Origin: Octopus sinensis
Taxonomy: Eukaryota
Direction of reading: 5' to 3'
Length of the DNA stretch: 64,000 nucleotides
Assembly: GCF_006345805.1 (NCBI RefSeq)
Contig: NC_043018.1
Coordinates: 1,550,001-1,614,000 of the forward strand
The notes under the pieces are model-generated. The model was not told the origin of the DNA. It saw only the letters and a list, made by a program, of their open reading frames with translations, and made no database searches. Position numbers and translations under genes: made by a program. Of this stretch, positions 26,628-40,419 are shown piece after piece (the first letter of the stretch is position 1; the number at the start of each line of letters is the position of its first letter).

Positions 26628-26634
26628 ATATATA

Positions 26635-26670
<36 letters not shown>

Positions 26671-26707
26671 GTATATTTATTTTGCATATGCATATATATA
26701 TATATAT

Positions 26708-27000
26708 GTGGAGGCGCAATGGCCCAGTGGTTAGGGCAGCGAACTCGCGGTCGTAGGATCGCGGTTTCGATTCCCAGACCGGGCGTTGTGAGTGTTTATT
26801 GAGCGAAAACACCTAAATGCTCCACGAGGCTCCTGCAGGGGCGGGGGTGATCCCTGCTGTACTCTTTCACCATTCTTTCTCTCACTCTTTCTTCTGTTGG
26901 CCTGCTCGCTTAGCCAGCCGGGTGGCGTCATCCGAAGCCTAAAACAATGCGAACGCATTGTGACCAGCGATGTGTAACTACATCTGATGGACTGGTCGGT

Positions 27001-27008
<8 letters not shown>
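26708..27008 (+). mobile_element. SINE family A head and body with tail type 2
   Basis: Matches family A for about 180 bp, then an unrelated tail ...TGTGACCAGCGATGTG...GGTCGGTCACGTGAT. Confidence 0.88.
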
Positions 27009-27038
<30 letters not shown>

Positions 27039-27065
27039 GCACAAATATGTTTGCGTACATGTATA

Positions 27066-27373
27066 TCATTATCATCATCATCATCATATCATCAGCGTCG
27101 TCGTTTAACGTCCGCTTTCCATGCTGGCATGGGCTGGACGGTTTGACTGGGGGATGGCGAGACGGAATGCTGCATCAGGCTCCAATCTGATCTGGCAATG
27201 TTTTTACTGCTGGATGCCGTTCCTAATGTCAACCACTCCGAAGGCATAGTGGGTACTGTTTACGTGCCACTGGCTCGGAACACATCGGGTTGCACTGGCA
27301 CCGACCACGCTCGAGTGGTGCATTTTACATGCCACCGGCATGGCTGCCAATCAGGCGATATTGCCATCGGCAT
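27066..27373 (-). mobile_element. Non-LTR element 3' end with (GAT)n tail, possibly RTE-associated
   Basis: (ATC)n then TTTAACGTCCGCTTTCCATGCTGGCATGGG...GGATGCCGTTCCTAATGTCAACC; the RTE link is from recall only. Confidence 0.5.
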
Positions 27374-27421
27374 ATGTATATATACATGAATACACTAACA
27401 CTCACACACACACACTCACAC

Positions 27422-27464
<43 letters not shown>

Positions 27465-28213
27465 GTGCTCAGCCTTTTAAAACTGTTGTAATACTTACGA
27501 TATTTAATAAAGTGATGTAGTACGAAACGATCGTACCAAATTTCCGGAGTCATTCTTGTTGCTTATTTTGAGTATATATATATATATATATATACATGTG
27601 TATAGGCCTGCACACCTGTGCATGTTTGTGTGTGCATAACTTTTCGGACGCCAGAGATACACTTGAGTTAACTCAATACTAAGTAAAGTGTTTGAAATAA
27701 AGGTTTATTTCACTCACATATATATATATATATTTATTTAACACATATATATATATATTTGTGTGAGTGTGTGTGTGTGTATCTATACTTGTCTACGTGT
27801 GTGTGTTTGCAGGTTTGTCTGTGTACTTATCATGCTTATATTTTTCATTGAATTCGATTATGTCTTAGATCCGGTGGAAGATACAGCAACCACTTTCTGT
27901 CCAAGGCGAGATCTTCGACAGGGGAGATCGATTTTGTTAATGTTCGTTCGAAACAGTTGCAAAATAAACACCTGCGAAAATGCAAACCTGTGGTGGTAGT
28001 GGTGGAGCGGCCACTATAAAGTTGCATCAACTGCTGGTAATTAGCAGGTAGACATCTGACAAATGAGAAGCTGACATGTGAAATAGTCAGAAAGAAATCC
28101 TTTTACCTGAGAATATTGTATTGCTCCATAGGCAGAAGCGGAGAGGGACTCGTGTTGGGAACGCACCTGGAAAGGAATCTGCTGAATGCAGCGCAACCCA
28201 GGAAGACTACTAT

Positions 28214-28263
<50 letters not shown>

Positions 28264-28432
28264 ATACTATTGCTGCTGCTGCTATTGATGCTGATGCTCA
28301 TACTGCCACTCACAACTGTCATTGTCTAGTATATAAGACAGAAAATACTATATGAGACATAGAAAATTAGACTGATTTCTGGTCCTATCCTCATCCTAAA
28401 TGGTGATAATTTCATGGATAAATATATAATAT

Positions 28433-28487
<55 letters not shown>

Positions 28488-28523
28488 CACGCATACATCC
28501 ACACAAGCTATATATATATATAT

Positions 28524-28591
<68 letters not shown>

Positions 28592-28600
28592 GTAGATAGA

Positions 28601-28701
28601 TAGATATTTAGATAGATCTATATGCATATAGGTACACATGTATGTATATGTGTGTGCATGTGTGTGTGTTCGGAATATATGTGCGCGAATGTATGTATGT
28701 A
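28601..28701 (+). repeat. 101-bp direct repeat flanking the LINE (partner 30125-30225)
   Basis: By-eye alignment shows one mismatch (28617 T vs 30141 G). Confidence 0.92.
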
Positions 28702-28719
28702 TGTATGTATATATATAAA

Positions 28720-30122
28720 ACTTAGAACTTAGAACTTAGAAAGGTTTTGGCCAGTATTGGCCCAGGCCATGTCTAACTTAATAGCACCACCTGGCGAAGT
28801 CTTTCAATTCATGATTTGGGTACCAAGGCCCATTCGAGCAGAGAGTTATTGTTTGCGGAGACATATCCGGGTGTGGGTGGTTTGTCCGGGACTGTTTGAA
28901 GGAATTTGTCCAAAGTCTTCTTGAATTTTGTGTGGTCAGTTTCTTTTTTGACGTGTCCTGGTGTAATGTTGAAGAGAGCGGGTCCAATTGAGGTGAAATA
29001 GTTGTGCCGTATTGTCGTTATGTGGTGCGATTTAGATTTTTGTTGTGGACGGATGGCACGTGGTCCAAGCCTTGGATGTATTTTGAAGGTGATGCCAACA
29101 TCATTCGGACAGTGCTGATGGAATATTTTCCACATCATACAGATAATGTAGCGTTCACGGCGTCGTTGGAGTGAATACAGTTTCAGCTTCTCTAGTCTAC
29201 CCCAGTAGTCAAGGTCTGACATGCTATCTAACTTTTTTGTGATTAACCTTTGGGGAGCTTCAATTCTCATAATATTTTGTTTTGTGTAGGGAGACCACAG
29301 TGGACAGCAGTATCCAAGGTGGGGTCGGGCAAAAGTGGAGAAGAGAAGGATAATAGTGTGAGAATCTCTCGACTGGAAGGTTCTGAGAATCCAGGAACAC
29401 ATTCTGCGGGCCATGTCAACTTTGCTGCTTATATGTGTAGCCCGCTTATGTTGTTGTCCACTGTTACTCCCAGTCTCTGATGTGTTTGATGCCATGAGAA
29501 TTTCTCCAGAAGGAAGGGAGTATGGGAGTTTCAGAGTGTCCTCCCTTCCAAAGTGGATCAGTTCGAATTTGTCTTCGTTTAGCAACATGTTATTCTTTTC
29601 CGCCCATTGGACAACAGCTTATTCGGTCATCCACGCCATTGATGACCTTCTGGAGCTTGGAATCATCAGCGAAGGTTCTGATGTTACTGTGTTTGATGGT
29701 GTTAGTAATATCATTTATGTAGATGATGAAGAGAAGTGGGCCCAACACAGTGTCTTGTGGGACACCACTGCTGACTTTGGCTGGGCTGGATTTTACTCCT
29801 TCGACTACATGTTGGGTTCTGTTAGACAGGAAGCACTTGATCCACTGCAGCAGCTTTCCAGTGACACCAATATTGGACAGCTTTCTCAGAAGGATCTTAT
29901 GATCAACCCTGTCAAAGGCCTTGCTGAAATCAAGGTAGATGACATCAGTGTTGGAAACCTCTCCCAAGGCTCTCAAAATGTCATCAAAATGATGCAGTAG
30001 CTGCGTCAGGCAATCTCTCCCATTACGGAATACATGCTGGTTGGAGTTCAGCATATTATGACTCTCAAGGAAGTGAGTCATACGCGATCTCAGCACTCTC
30101 TCAAATACCTTAATGATATGGA
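28720..30122 (-). pseudogene. 5'-truncated CR1-group LINE (RT domain to 3' end)
   Basis: DVIYLDFSKAFDRVDH, GVPQDTVLGPLLFIIYINDI, FADDSK, YCCPLWSP, LYSLQRRRERY; frameshift near 29600; (TTCTAAG)3 tail. Confidence 0.92.
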
Positions 30123-30264
30123 TATAGATATTTAGATAGAGCTATATGCATATAGGTACACATGTATGTATATGTGTGTGCATGTGTGTGTGTTCGGAAT
30201 ATATGTGCGCGAATGTATGTATGTAATATATATATATATATATGTGTATATGTATATATACATG

Positions 30265-30303
<39 letters not shown>

Positions 30304-30909
30304 ATATATATATATATATATATAGATATACATACACATAGATATATAGACAGACACACATACAGATAAGTAGATAGATAGATAGATAGATTGATAGACA
30401 ACTATATATATATATATATATAATAGACATATACACACAGAAGGAAAAAAAGAGAGTGAAATCAAGTTAAAACAGACAGAGAGAAAATGCAAGAGAACAA
30501 CAGAGACACGTCATGAACGAGAGAGAGGAGAGAGAGAGAAAGAGAAAGAAGAGGAGAAAGAGAGACAACACGAAACAAACTGACTAACATCCAGAAAATA
30601 ATTACTTGTTAAAACGAAATATAAACAAAAAAAAAGAACACAATTAAATATAAACATCAACAATAAAAAATATTAAAAAATGAAATATAAAAGAAAACAG
30701 CTTTAGCGCCATTTTCCCAATGTTTTGGGGCAGAATGTAATTTAGATGAATGTCTAATTTCTGATTTCTTATTACTTCGCCGTGGATATATACACACATA
30801 TATACACACACGCAAGCATAAAAGCACAAAAGCACACATACACACACATACACACTCACACGTACGTGTATGTGTTATAGTAAAACACACACAACGTTAC
30901 GTGCATGTG

Positions 30910-31051
<142 letters not shown>

Positions 31052-31052
31052 T

Positions 31053-31087
<35 letters not shown>

Positions 31088-31378
31088 TATATATATATAT
31101 TATACATAAATACATACATGTATATTTCTGTATGTGCGTGTGTGTGTTGTTGTGTGGGTATGTTAGTGCGTGTGTATGTATGGTTGTTTTTAGAGTAATT
31201 TGTAATTGGAGCCATAACAAACCATTAAAATGATTTGGTTGATTACTAATCAAATTATAGATATGCGTATGTCTGTATTCATACGAGCGTGTGTGTGTCT
31301 GCCGTGTGACTGAGCGTGTGTGTATGTTTTTGTGTGTGTGTGACTGTGTGTGTGACTGTGTACATAAATATGTATGAT

Positions 31379-31416
<38 letters not shown>

Positions 31417-31871
31417 ATATAATATATATTACGTATTCATATTGCTGCACCACCTATAGATTTCAACAGCTTTCGTTCAAAAACCAACATCAAAACGAAG
31501 CATCCAGTTATGTAGAACGAAAATATCGCCAGGTTATAAACATTCACTTTCTCATTCCTCCTTCACAGACCTCGTCTGTCTCAACCCTCTTCTCTGTGTC
31601 TCTAAGACTCCTACTTACTCTCCTCTCTTTCTCCTGTTTCCTATCACTCTTCATCTCTCTCTCCTTGATACAGACCAGGTCAATCTGTTATTGACAGATA
31701 TTCAATTTTATTTACGACCAACGAGATGTACTTGGTGAAATCGCTATATCGATGTGTTTGAGGGTGTATAAATACACACACACACACACACACATACACA
31801 CACACACACACACACTCACCTCACACACACACACACACACTCACCTCACACACACACACACACACTCACCT

Positions 31872-31903
<32 letters not shown>

Positions 31904-31928
31904 CAAACACACACATATATGCATGCAT

Positions 31929-32310
31929 TCTTTTATTCTTTTACTTGTTTCAGTCATGTGTCTGCTGCCATGCTGAAGCAACGCGTTTAGTCGAATAAAC
32001 CGACTCCAGGACCTTATTCTAGCACTTATTCTATCGGTTTATTTGGATGAACCGCTAAGTTACGGAGGCGTAATCCCACCGACATCGGTTGTCAAACAAT
32101 GGTGCGGGAAACAAGCACAGAAATACAAACATAGACATATATATATTATATATATATATATATATACATATATACGACGGGATTCTCTCAGTTTCCGGCT
32201 ACCAAATCGACTCACAAGGCTTTGGTCGGGCCGAGGCTATAACAGAATTTACTTGCAAAAGTACCAGGTTGTGGGACTGAACCCGGAATCATATGGTTGG
32301 TAAGCAAGGT
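31929..32310 (-). mobile_element. SINE family C, older copy
   Basis: Colinear with family C in reverse, including the internal (TA)n. Confidence 0.85.
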
Positions 32311-32519
32311 ATTTATCCAAGTGTGTATGCTTTTGTGTGTACGCGTTCTCTAGCAATCAATTTAGCTATGGTGGATTCATACAAACCTGCGCGTCCGTAT
32401 GAATGTATATATATATATGTGTATTTGTTCACCTGACCAGCACACACACACACACTGGTGCGTATGTACACATAGACTCAAGATGTCTTATGTTAAATTC
32501 GTTTCAAATTTTGGCAAAA

Positions 32520-32705
32520 TGCCAGCAATTTCGTGGAAGTTGCAAGTCGATTACATCGACGTAGTGTTGGACTGGTACTTTATTTATCGACCCTAGGAGA
32601 ATGAAATGCAAAGTCAACTTCGGGGAAGATTTGATCCTAAAACGTAAAGAAGTTAAATCCTGCTAAGCATTTTGTGTGGTTTGCTAAAGATTCTATTAAC
32701 TCACT
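32520..32705 (-). mobile_element. SINE family B2, degraded
   Basis: AAGTCGATTACATCGAC...CTGGTACTTTATTTATCGACCCTAGGAGAATGAAATGCAAAGTCAAC. Confidence 0.7.
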
Positions 32706-32719
32706 ACCTTCTCTTTCTT

Positions 32720-33617
32720 AATATTACATATATTACATAGAGTTCACGTGTCTGAAAGAACATGATCATAAAGATTAGCACGCATCCAAGCCTCGGTTCA
32801 GCTTCGACTTATGAGATGGTTCAGAGTCTTCTTGGAACACCTACGGTCTTCCGTTCCCTACTCTGTCTATCCAGGGTCTCACAACTTTCTCCAGCACCTC
32901 TGTGTAGACAGCGCCATTGACTCTTAAGCCCTGCGAAAAAGTGACGTTGAAGACTCCCAGAACCATGACAGTTGCCGGTAGGTTAGTATGTATGAATTGC
33001 AGAAGATCATTTCCGTCTCTGCATAACCATTTGTCATCCCGTCAGTTTACCTTTTGGTCCTGGGTTACGTTTTTCTCACCGGAGAAAAGTCAAAGCATTC
33101 TGCTTCTTAGTGATTCAGTTTGTTTAGCAAGAACTTTTTATGGTTGGAACGATTCTCTCTTGTCCAGTTTAACATAAATTGACCTCCCCACGCCACATAC
33201 GACTTGTACTGTGTGTCCCTATGCACAGCTCTTCTGCTGGTGCATTCTGAAACGTTGAGCTCATTTACAGAAGCTTTGATTTACTTTCCAGAATTTTATG
33301 GATTATAATGCAAAATTATGTGTCATGATTTTATTAGGCCCCTGTGAAGGCGTTTTGGGCTTAGCTAATGATGTTCGAGACCTGTCAGTCTCCTTTCGAA
33401 CTTGCACAACGAAGGAACGGGTAATTTCAAGAAGGAAGCTATCTTTGTATCACTGTGCTTGACTTTTAAAGCAACGATTAGAGTGCTCCTTTGAATTTGC
33501 TAAGTCAACCTAATGTCCAATATTATCTGCCTGAAAAAGCTCACTTTTCAAGACAGATAATGTCAGGAATCAGAATACTTGAAAGAGGTCTCATCAAAAC
33601 ACGGACGTACCCTCTAT
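32720..33617 (-). pseudogene. Decayed Tc1/mariner transposase, DD37D (maT)-like
   Basis: HTNLPATVMVLGV...QGLRVNGAVYTEVLEKVVRPWIDRVGNGRP*VFQEDSEPSHK; many stops. Confidence 0.75.
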
Positions 33618-33888
33618 ACATGTGTGTGTGTGTGTGTGTATCTGTGTGTGTGTGTGTGTGCGTCCGTGCTCGTGTGTAACTCCAGTGCAATTGTTATGCA
33701 AAATCGACCAGGTTGTCAAGCATGATTACAGCTGTGTCGAATTGTTAAATGACATCCCCATATTTTCCAGGGTAGGCCGTGTTCTGGCAACCAGTTATGG
33801 CGAAAGAGATTAAGTGGTGCACGTCGCTGGAAGGAATGAGGTCATACTTTATGAACGCACCTGTAGATTGTAGGGCAAGAGAGAGGGC

Positions 33889-34250
33889 TCTTCTGGTCGA
33901 GTGGCCCATCCCTCCCAAAAGGTCCCTGAATAAGGATTGTTTAAGAATGTTGAACGAACTACCCTTGTTTCCAAAGGTGAATTATCCAAAGAATTCCTTT
34001 CAACACATGGCTATGATGCTTCCCCAAAACTTCTGCTCGTGATCAGAGATGCACATATCGTCGGCCACTAAGGGACATGCTCAACTGGTTAACATCAAAC
34101 AACTGACAAGGAAATCTGTGTGGTATTGAGCAGAATATTTGATGTAACCCATCTTTTATACCAAGATAAAACAATGTACATGATAACACTTCCAATCAAT
34201 TAAGATCAGAAGCCATGAGAGCCACTGTCTTGTACTGCATCAGGGCATTT
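33889..34250 (-). mobile_element. Family E partial copy (one terminus intact)
   Basis: Overlaps in sequence with 34620-34770; terminus matches 17466-17529; abuts (ATC)n/(ATT)n. Confidence 0.8.
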
Positions 34251-34253
34251 ATT

Positions 34254-34331
<78 letters not shown>

Positions 34332-34334
34332 ATC

Positions 34335-34366
<32 letters not shown>

Positions 34367-34371
34367 CATCA

Positions 34372-34402
<31 letters not shown>

Positions 34403-34430
34403 TACTACTACTACTATTATTATTATTATT

Positions 34431-34812
34431 GAGTGAGAGAGCAGTGCATGCCATCAAAGTGACACTGGGGTAAAATATACGAAGCCCAATATACCCATCA
34501 TGACTACCCGTCTGATAAGGATACACCAGGCACATGCATCACAACCATATGTGCGCAACATGGTGATCTCATATCAAGATAAACAGCACATGACCTTGCA
34601 GGTGGGGCCCAGTTAGAATTTTCTTCAGGTTGAGTAGCCCATCCCGCTGAAAAGGTCCCTGAATAAGGGTTGTTTAAGGATGTTGAAAGAACCACCCATG
34701 TTTCCAGAGGTGAATTATTCAAACCCCAAAGAATCCCTCTCAACACATGGCTATGATGCTCCCCCACTTATGGCTATGATGCTCCCCCACCATGGCTATG
34801 ATGCTCCCCCAC

Positions 34813-34814
<2 letters not shown>
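34431..34814 (-). mobile_element. Family E partial copy (other terminus intact), flanked by (ATT)n
   Basis: GAGTGAGAGAGCAGTGCA terminus matches 48170-48189 in reverse; triple 22-23-bp repeat at the truncated end. Confidence 0.8.
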
Positions 34815-34885
<71 letters not shown>

Positions 34886-34950
34886 CATTATTATTATTAA
34901 ACTCTTTTGGTCTCCCTATCTCCTACAGTACGCTTTGCCTGAGTAGGGTA

Positions 34951-35050
34951 NNNNNNNNNNNNNNNNNNNNNNNNNNNNNNNNNNNNNNNNNNNNNNNNNN
35001 NNNNNNNNNNNNNNNNNNNNNNNNNNNNNNNNNNNNNNNNNNNNNNNNNN
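34951..35050. other. Assembly gap (100 N)
   Basis: Run of N. Confidence 1.
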
Positions 35051-35161
35051 GATAGACAGACAGAGAGGCAGGGAGGCAGACAGATAGACAGATAGATAGA
35101 TAGGATAGATAATAGATTAGATAGATAGATAGATAGATAGAATAGATAGATAGATAAATAC

Positions 35162-35229
<68 letters not shown>

Positions 35230-35957
35230 CAGATCCATGTGTGGGCATTTTTATGAAAATTTCGATGTCTGGTTGTGACAAAATAATAAATGAATAAGCT
35301 ATTAAAATGCCATCTGAGAATGTTTAATTTTAGATGAATGCGTCTGTCTAGCTTCTTAAGTTTGTAATATAAGATATACATTAAGTTGGCAGGTGAAAAG
35401 TCTTTGCCTGCGATGACTGAACGAAAGTAACATATCTCGGAAATATCGTTTTAGCCATTGAAGATCAATTTGATAGCATAGATTTGAAGTTGAGGTTAGG
35501 GTTTTACGAAAGACTTTATATTGTTGATTAATATCTTTCATTTATTTTATCTTTAATAATTTTCATTTCATATTTGCGTTTTTGTTTTGTTTATTTGTTG
35601 TTATTTTTTTCTTTCTTTCTTTCTTTCTCTTTTTTTTTTTGTTACATTCTCGTTACAGAAGTGAGACCTTTGTCTATACATTTCATGTGGATATATTGGT
35701 TATAAACAGCAAACTTGCTGTGTGATAAAAAAAAAAACAATTTTTAGGTGTTCTTTTTGACGTAGGAAAACAACGACACATCTAAAAGGTCAATCCAAGC
35801 GCATGACATACCTAGATTCACCTTGTTACTTCCTTGAAGGAACGTGAAGAAGAATGTTAGAACAACGTACAGAAAGGAAAACCGATATCCATCTGCTCTC
35901 TGTTGATGCTATGTGGTAGGTGAAGCTGAACTTGGAGAAATTACACCTCTATTTTTT

Positions 35958-36188
35958 ATTTCTTTATTGCCCACAAGGGGCTAAACATAGAGGGAGCAAA
36001 CAAGGACAGACAAACGGATTAAGTCGATTACATCGACCCCAGTGCGTGACTGGTACTTAATATATATCGACCCCGAAAGGATGAAAGGCTAAGTCGACCT
36101 CGGCGGAATTTGAACTCAGAACGTAGCAGCAGACGAAATATGGCTACGCATTTCGTCCGGCGTGCTAACGATTCTGCCAGCTCGCCGC
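35958..36188 (-). mobile_element. SINE family B1, full length
   Basis: Complete head-core-tail; possible 9-bp TSD CTATTTTTT at 35949-35957 and 36188-36196. Confidence 0.9.
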
Positions 36189-36329
36189 TATTTTTTTCTG
36201 TATTTCTGTATGTAAAAACCTGTGACCTTACGACCTATAGCTTTATTGTTAATATAGCGGTGTCTTTGCGACAAATATGGAGAGGTTTTAGGAAAAAACG
36301 TGATTAGAGAATACTGTTTCCAGCAGGGA

Positions 36330-36660
36330 CACAATATCTTTTAAAGGAACGAAAAAGGTCAATAAATACTTGCCATTATATTTTTAATCAACCAACTATG
36401 AACCATTTTGTTGCACAATGCGTCTCCATCTTTCCTTTAACTTGAAAATACCCTCTTCCAGAACTGAGGTGGTTTATGGCAAAAGAAATCATCAAGGTAT
36501 CTTTTACGTCATCCAAGGAATTGAAATTTTTACCATTAAGACTATTCTGTAGAGATGACTGAATAGTGGAAATCCGAAGGAGCAGCAATCTGGTGATAGG
36601 AGGGTCGGGTAACACATGCCAGCCGAGCTGCAGCAATTTTTGTTGGTTCCCAAAGCATCA
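36330..36660 (-). pseudogene. Mariner transposase C-terminal fragment
   Basis: KLLQLGWHVLPDPP..SPD...LQNSLNGKNFNSLDDVK (YSPDL region). Confidence 0.8.
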
Positions 36661-38269
36661 AGTGCCGAAAATGAATTTTAATTTTTTTATCTTCCATTTT
36701 AAAGGGTTACAGAATTAACAAAGGTTATAGGAACATAAACTTTCATCCACAAAAAAAAATAGCTTAAACTATGCTCTAAATGGGGGTGTAGTCATAATCT
36801 CGATAGAGTAACTGCAGATTTTTCAATAGTTCAATGTAGGTACTCTCTTTTTCACAAATCTACAGCTTTATGTTAATATCCACTGGGCAGCTAATTTCCC
36901 CAAATGTGCACAGTTTTTGTTCATTATATCAGATGTTGCGCATACATTTTATTGAGGTCATCATATATGCCTTTCTTTGTGTAAGAAAGATTTTCTACGA
37001 CATATGTCAGTTGTCTGAAAATAAAACGCGCGTTATAAAACCGTTGTCAGAATGCTATGGGCATCATAATCCTCTTTTGATTTTATGCATGTAACAGAAC
37101 TAAAACCATATGAGTATTGTGGTATCTTAGAAGTATTTTCATAGAGTTCAAACATCAGCTGAGGTCAACTTTGCCTCCCATGTTTCCAAAGCCGATAAAA
37201 TAAAGTACCAGTCAAATGAAGTACCAGTCATCCACGTTGCGTAAGTTTGTTTTTCGTTTCAAAGTTATGTCAGAAAGCATTATTAAAGACCAATTAAATT
37301 CGATGAGCTCCCACAATCATTGGAGCGTCGGATAATGTCTCCGAAGTGCAAATCTCGCCGAAGACAAAATTAATTTCCATCCTTTCGGGATAGATGAAAC
37401 GAAGTACCAGTCATATACTGGGGTCGATGATGCGTTCTAATCCCCTTCCCTAAAACCTGCTACCTGTCTTCCTAAATAGAAAATGCTTATTAATGATTAC
37501 ATATAAACAATACTGTCGTTATTGTTACCAGTGACATCTAGCTCGAGGTAGTTGCTCCCTTATTGGTCCGTTTGATATTGCAAGCTTGTCTGATTGGTTG
37601 ATAATAAACTGCTAAAATCTCTTTTTTGATATTCATTCATTTGAACTAAATCCATACGTTGTCAGACATCACAATATAAGGCGCTCAAATGACATCCTGT
37701 TTATCACCTACCAACAGAAACAGCGGGCATTCGACAACATACAAAACACATTTATTTGACGTACCTAATGGCAGAAATCGCACTCCAGCTCACATCAATT
37801 CTGTACTAAATCCGTTCACAAGCTCCACCTACCGGAAGTAGTATAGATGTTGCTTCAAGGTTCTGCCACAATTACTGGCCTAAAAAAAATAACCAAAACA
37901 AAAACCAGAAAATCGATACTGATTTTGTTTCTACAACACAACACTTCTGTACTTCCATAGAAAATGGAAAAAACCAAAATAAATTCCGATCTATGTCATG
38001 AAGTTTCAACAACATTTATCATGAACGCATTTCAAGCGCCCACAGGCGAAGACAACAAAACCAACAACAACAACGAACACCAGCAAAATTTATGTTTACT
38101 GCAATATTTGCCGACGTTGTCATTTGCTTTAAGTGACTATTTTTTTCTTTTCTTTTTTTTTTCTTTTTGTTTATTTCCTCTAATTTATAAACTTGGCTGA
38201 GAAAAAAATACAGCATATTTTCGCTAACAATTTCAGAACTTAACTAATTAGTTTCAACTTTTTATTATT

Positions 38270-38277
38270 GTTATTGC

Positions 38278-38340
<63 letters not shown>

Positions 38341-38413
38341 CATTATTCTTGTTGTTGTTGTTGTTGTTATTATTATTATTAATATTATTATCATTATTGT
38401 TGTTGTTGTGTTG

Positions 38414-38444
<31 letters not shown>

Positions 38445-38570
38445 CATTATTCTTGGTGTTGTTATTATTATTATTATTATTTATTATTATTATCATTTTC
38501 TTGTTGTTTTGTTATTATTATTATTAGTGTTGTTGTTGTTGTGCTGTTATTATTATTATTATTATTATTC
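38270..38570. repeat. (ATT)n/(GTT)n microsatellite
   Basis: Directly visible. Confidence 0.95.
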
Positions 38571-38869
38571 TTGTTGCAAATACAAATGTTTGATGTTTGC
38601 ATCTTACAGCGATTTTGTTTTCTTAACGATAAACCATTCCTCGTTAAACCCCACGGTGCACTAAGCCCTAAATTATTCTGTCTACGTTGAATATGGCATT
38701 TTCTCTTCGTATTTTTTTCCTTACCTAATCCAGTCAAAAGGTTTATGAATCTTGTATGGTTGCTTGTGAAGCGCGAATCGAATTTTAAAAGCCAGGTGAT
38801 TATTTGGTCATCTTGCAGAAAAATATCAGATAGGACTTGCGACGAAACCTCATTTAACCCGAGTGCTAG

Positions 38870-39740
38870 TTTTACGTAAACGATAGCCTATCCCTCGATT
38901 ACACTTGTCTTTGTTTACGCTTTATTATCCTTTCGAGGTCATCAAGATACGAAAAACACTGGGAGCGATACAATCGAATATCCTCTCCCATCAATTTGCT
39001 GGTCTTGGGTCAAAACGTAAACCAATTATTTGTATATTATAACGAACAGTTAGAGCACTTGATAAAGTGCTCAGTGGCACACCTTTAGTCTCTGGGTTCA
39101 AATATATTTAAATTAAAATTGCTTTTAATCCATTCATGGTCGATAAAAAATGAACCGGTTAAGTATTGGGATCGATCTAATCGATTATCTACGTCCCTAA
39201 AATTTCAGGTCTTGATCCCAAATTTGGGACGATTCTCTGTATGCTGTGAGACGGTTAACTGCTAGAACCGTTACAGTGCTTGATAAAATGCTTAGCAGCA
39301 CATTTGCAGGCCTTCAGTTCAACTATTAAATTCGTGTTTGCATTTCATCCATTCATGGTCAATATCGGTAAGGGGAAGTTAAACATATTAGACTGTTCCC
39401 TCTCCTGAAATTGCTGATATTCGTCTAAAGTTTGTTAAAATTATTTCTATGCTGAGAGACGGCGAGATGACAGAATCGTTAGAGCAGTTGAGAAAATGCT
39501 CAGCGGCGTATCTTTAGGTTCTGAGTTCAAATAGCACCGAAGTTGAGTTTGCCTTTCATTCATTAATGGTTAATGAAAATACGAACCAGGTTAGGACTGG
39601 TGTCAATGTAATCGATAAGTCTCTTCCTCTTAAATTCCAAGCTTAAAATATAGAAGATTATTCGTGTGCTGTGAGTCGGCGAGCGTCTGATAAAATGGTT
39701 AACGGCATTCCTTCTGGTTCTTCAAGTTCTGAGTTCAGAC
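38870..39740 (+). repeat. Head-to-tail array of about 4-5 degraded SINE B2 units (about 210-bp period)
   Basis: Linker (A/G)TGCTG(T/A)GAG(A/T)CGG at 39241, 39449 and 39666, each followed by family B-like sequence. Confidence 0.7.
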
Positions 39741-40419
39741 GAAGAATGTTGCTGAAGGAGCTACCTTCCATGTCTTATGATGTTATCAACCTCATGTATG
39801 CACACTTGGTCAAGTTTCCCATTTAATATTTCGGGACCAATGAAAAAATAATTGTGAAGTATTACGTCCGATATAACAGACCACCCTTTTCTTCCGAATT
39901 GCTAATCTTGTACCAAAGTTAAATAGGGTTATTCGTGTTTTAGTACAACACTCATATTCCATAGTAGTATGTGTGCCTCACAAATGTTGCTATGCAACTA
40001 TTGTTGCATGATATCTATGTCACAGTTGAAGGTGGCGAGATTGAAGAATCGTTAGTACGCCAGACGAAATGCTTTGCGGTATTTCGTCCGTCTTTATGTT
40101 CTGAGTCCTTTTTTTATAGCCTACGGTTAACCTCCACAGAGTAGAATGTTCTCTATATGTACCCTGAGAAAAGCTACAGCATGCATAGAGATGCACTTGC
40201 AGATTTACAACAATAGCATATTGACAACAGTTCTAAAATTCCGTCAAGGTCTACTTTGCATTTCATCCTTTCGAGGTCGACAAAATATATATCGTCTGAA
40301 CACTGGGTTCGATGTAATCGACTTCCCCCTCCCTTACGATTGCTGGCATTATGCCAAATTTGAAACCAGTATCTATGTCATAATGGATTGTCTGCATTAT
40401 ATATTTGTTGTCAGAGAGC

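Noticed and set aside
28809-30096. Intact reverse transcriptase gene
   Set aside because: 5'-truncated, no endonuclease, frameshifted, with small deletions.
34747-34814. CRISPR-like short direct repeats
   Set aside because: Repeats are contiguous without spacers, there are no cas genes, and the context is a eukaryotic repeat.
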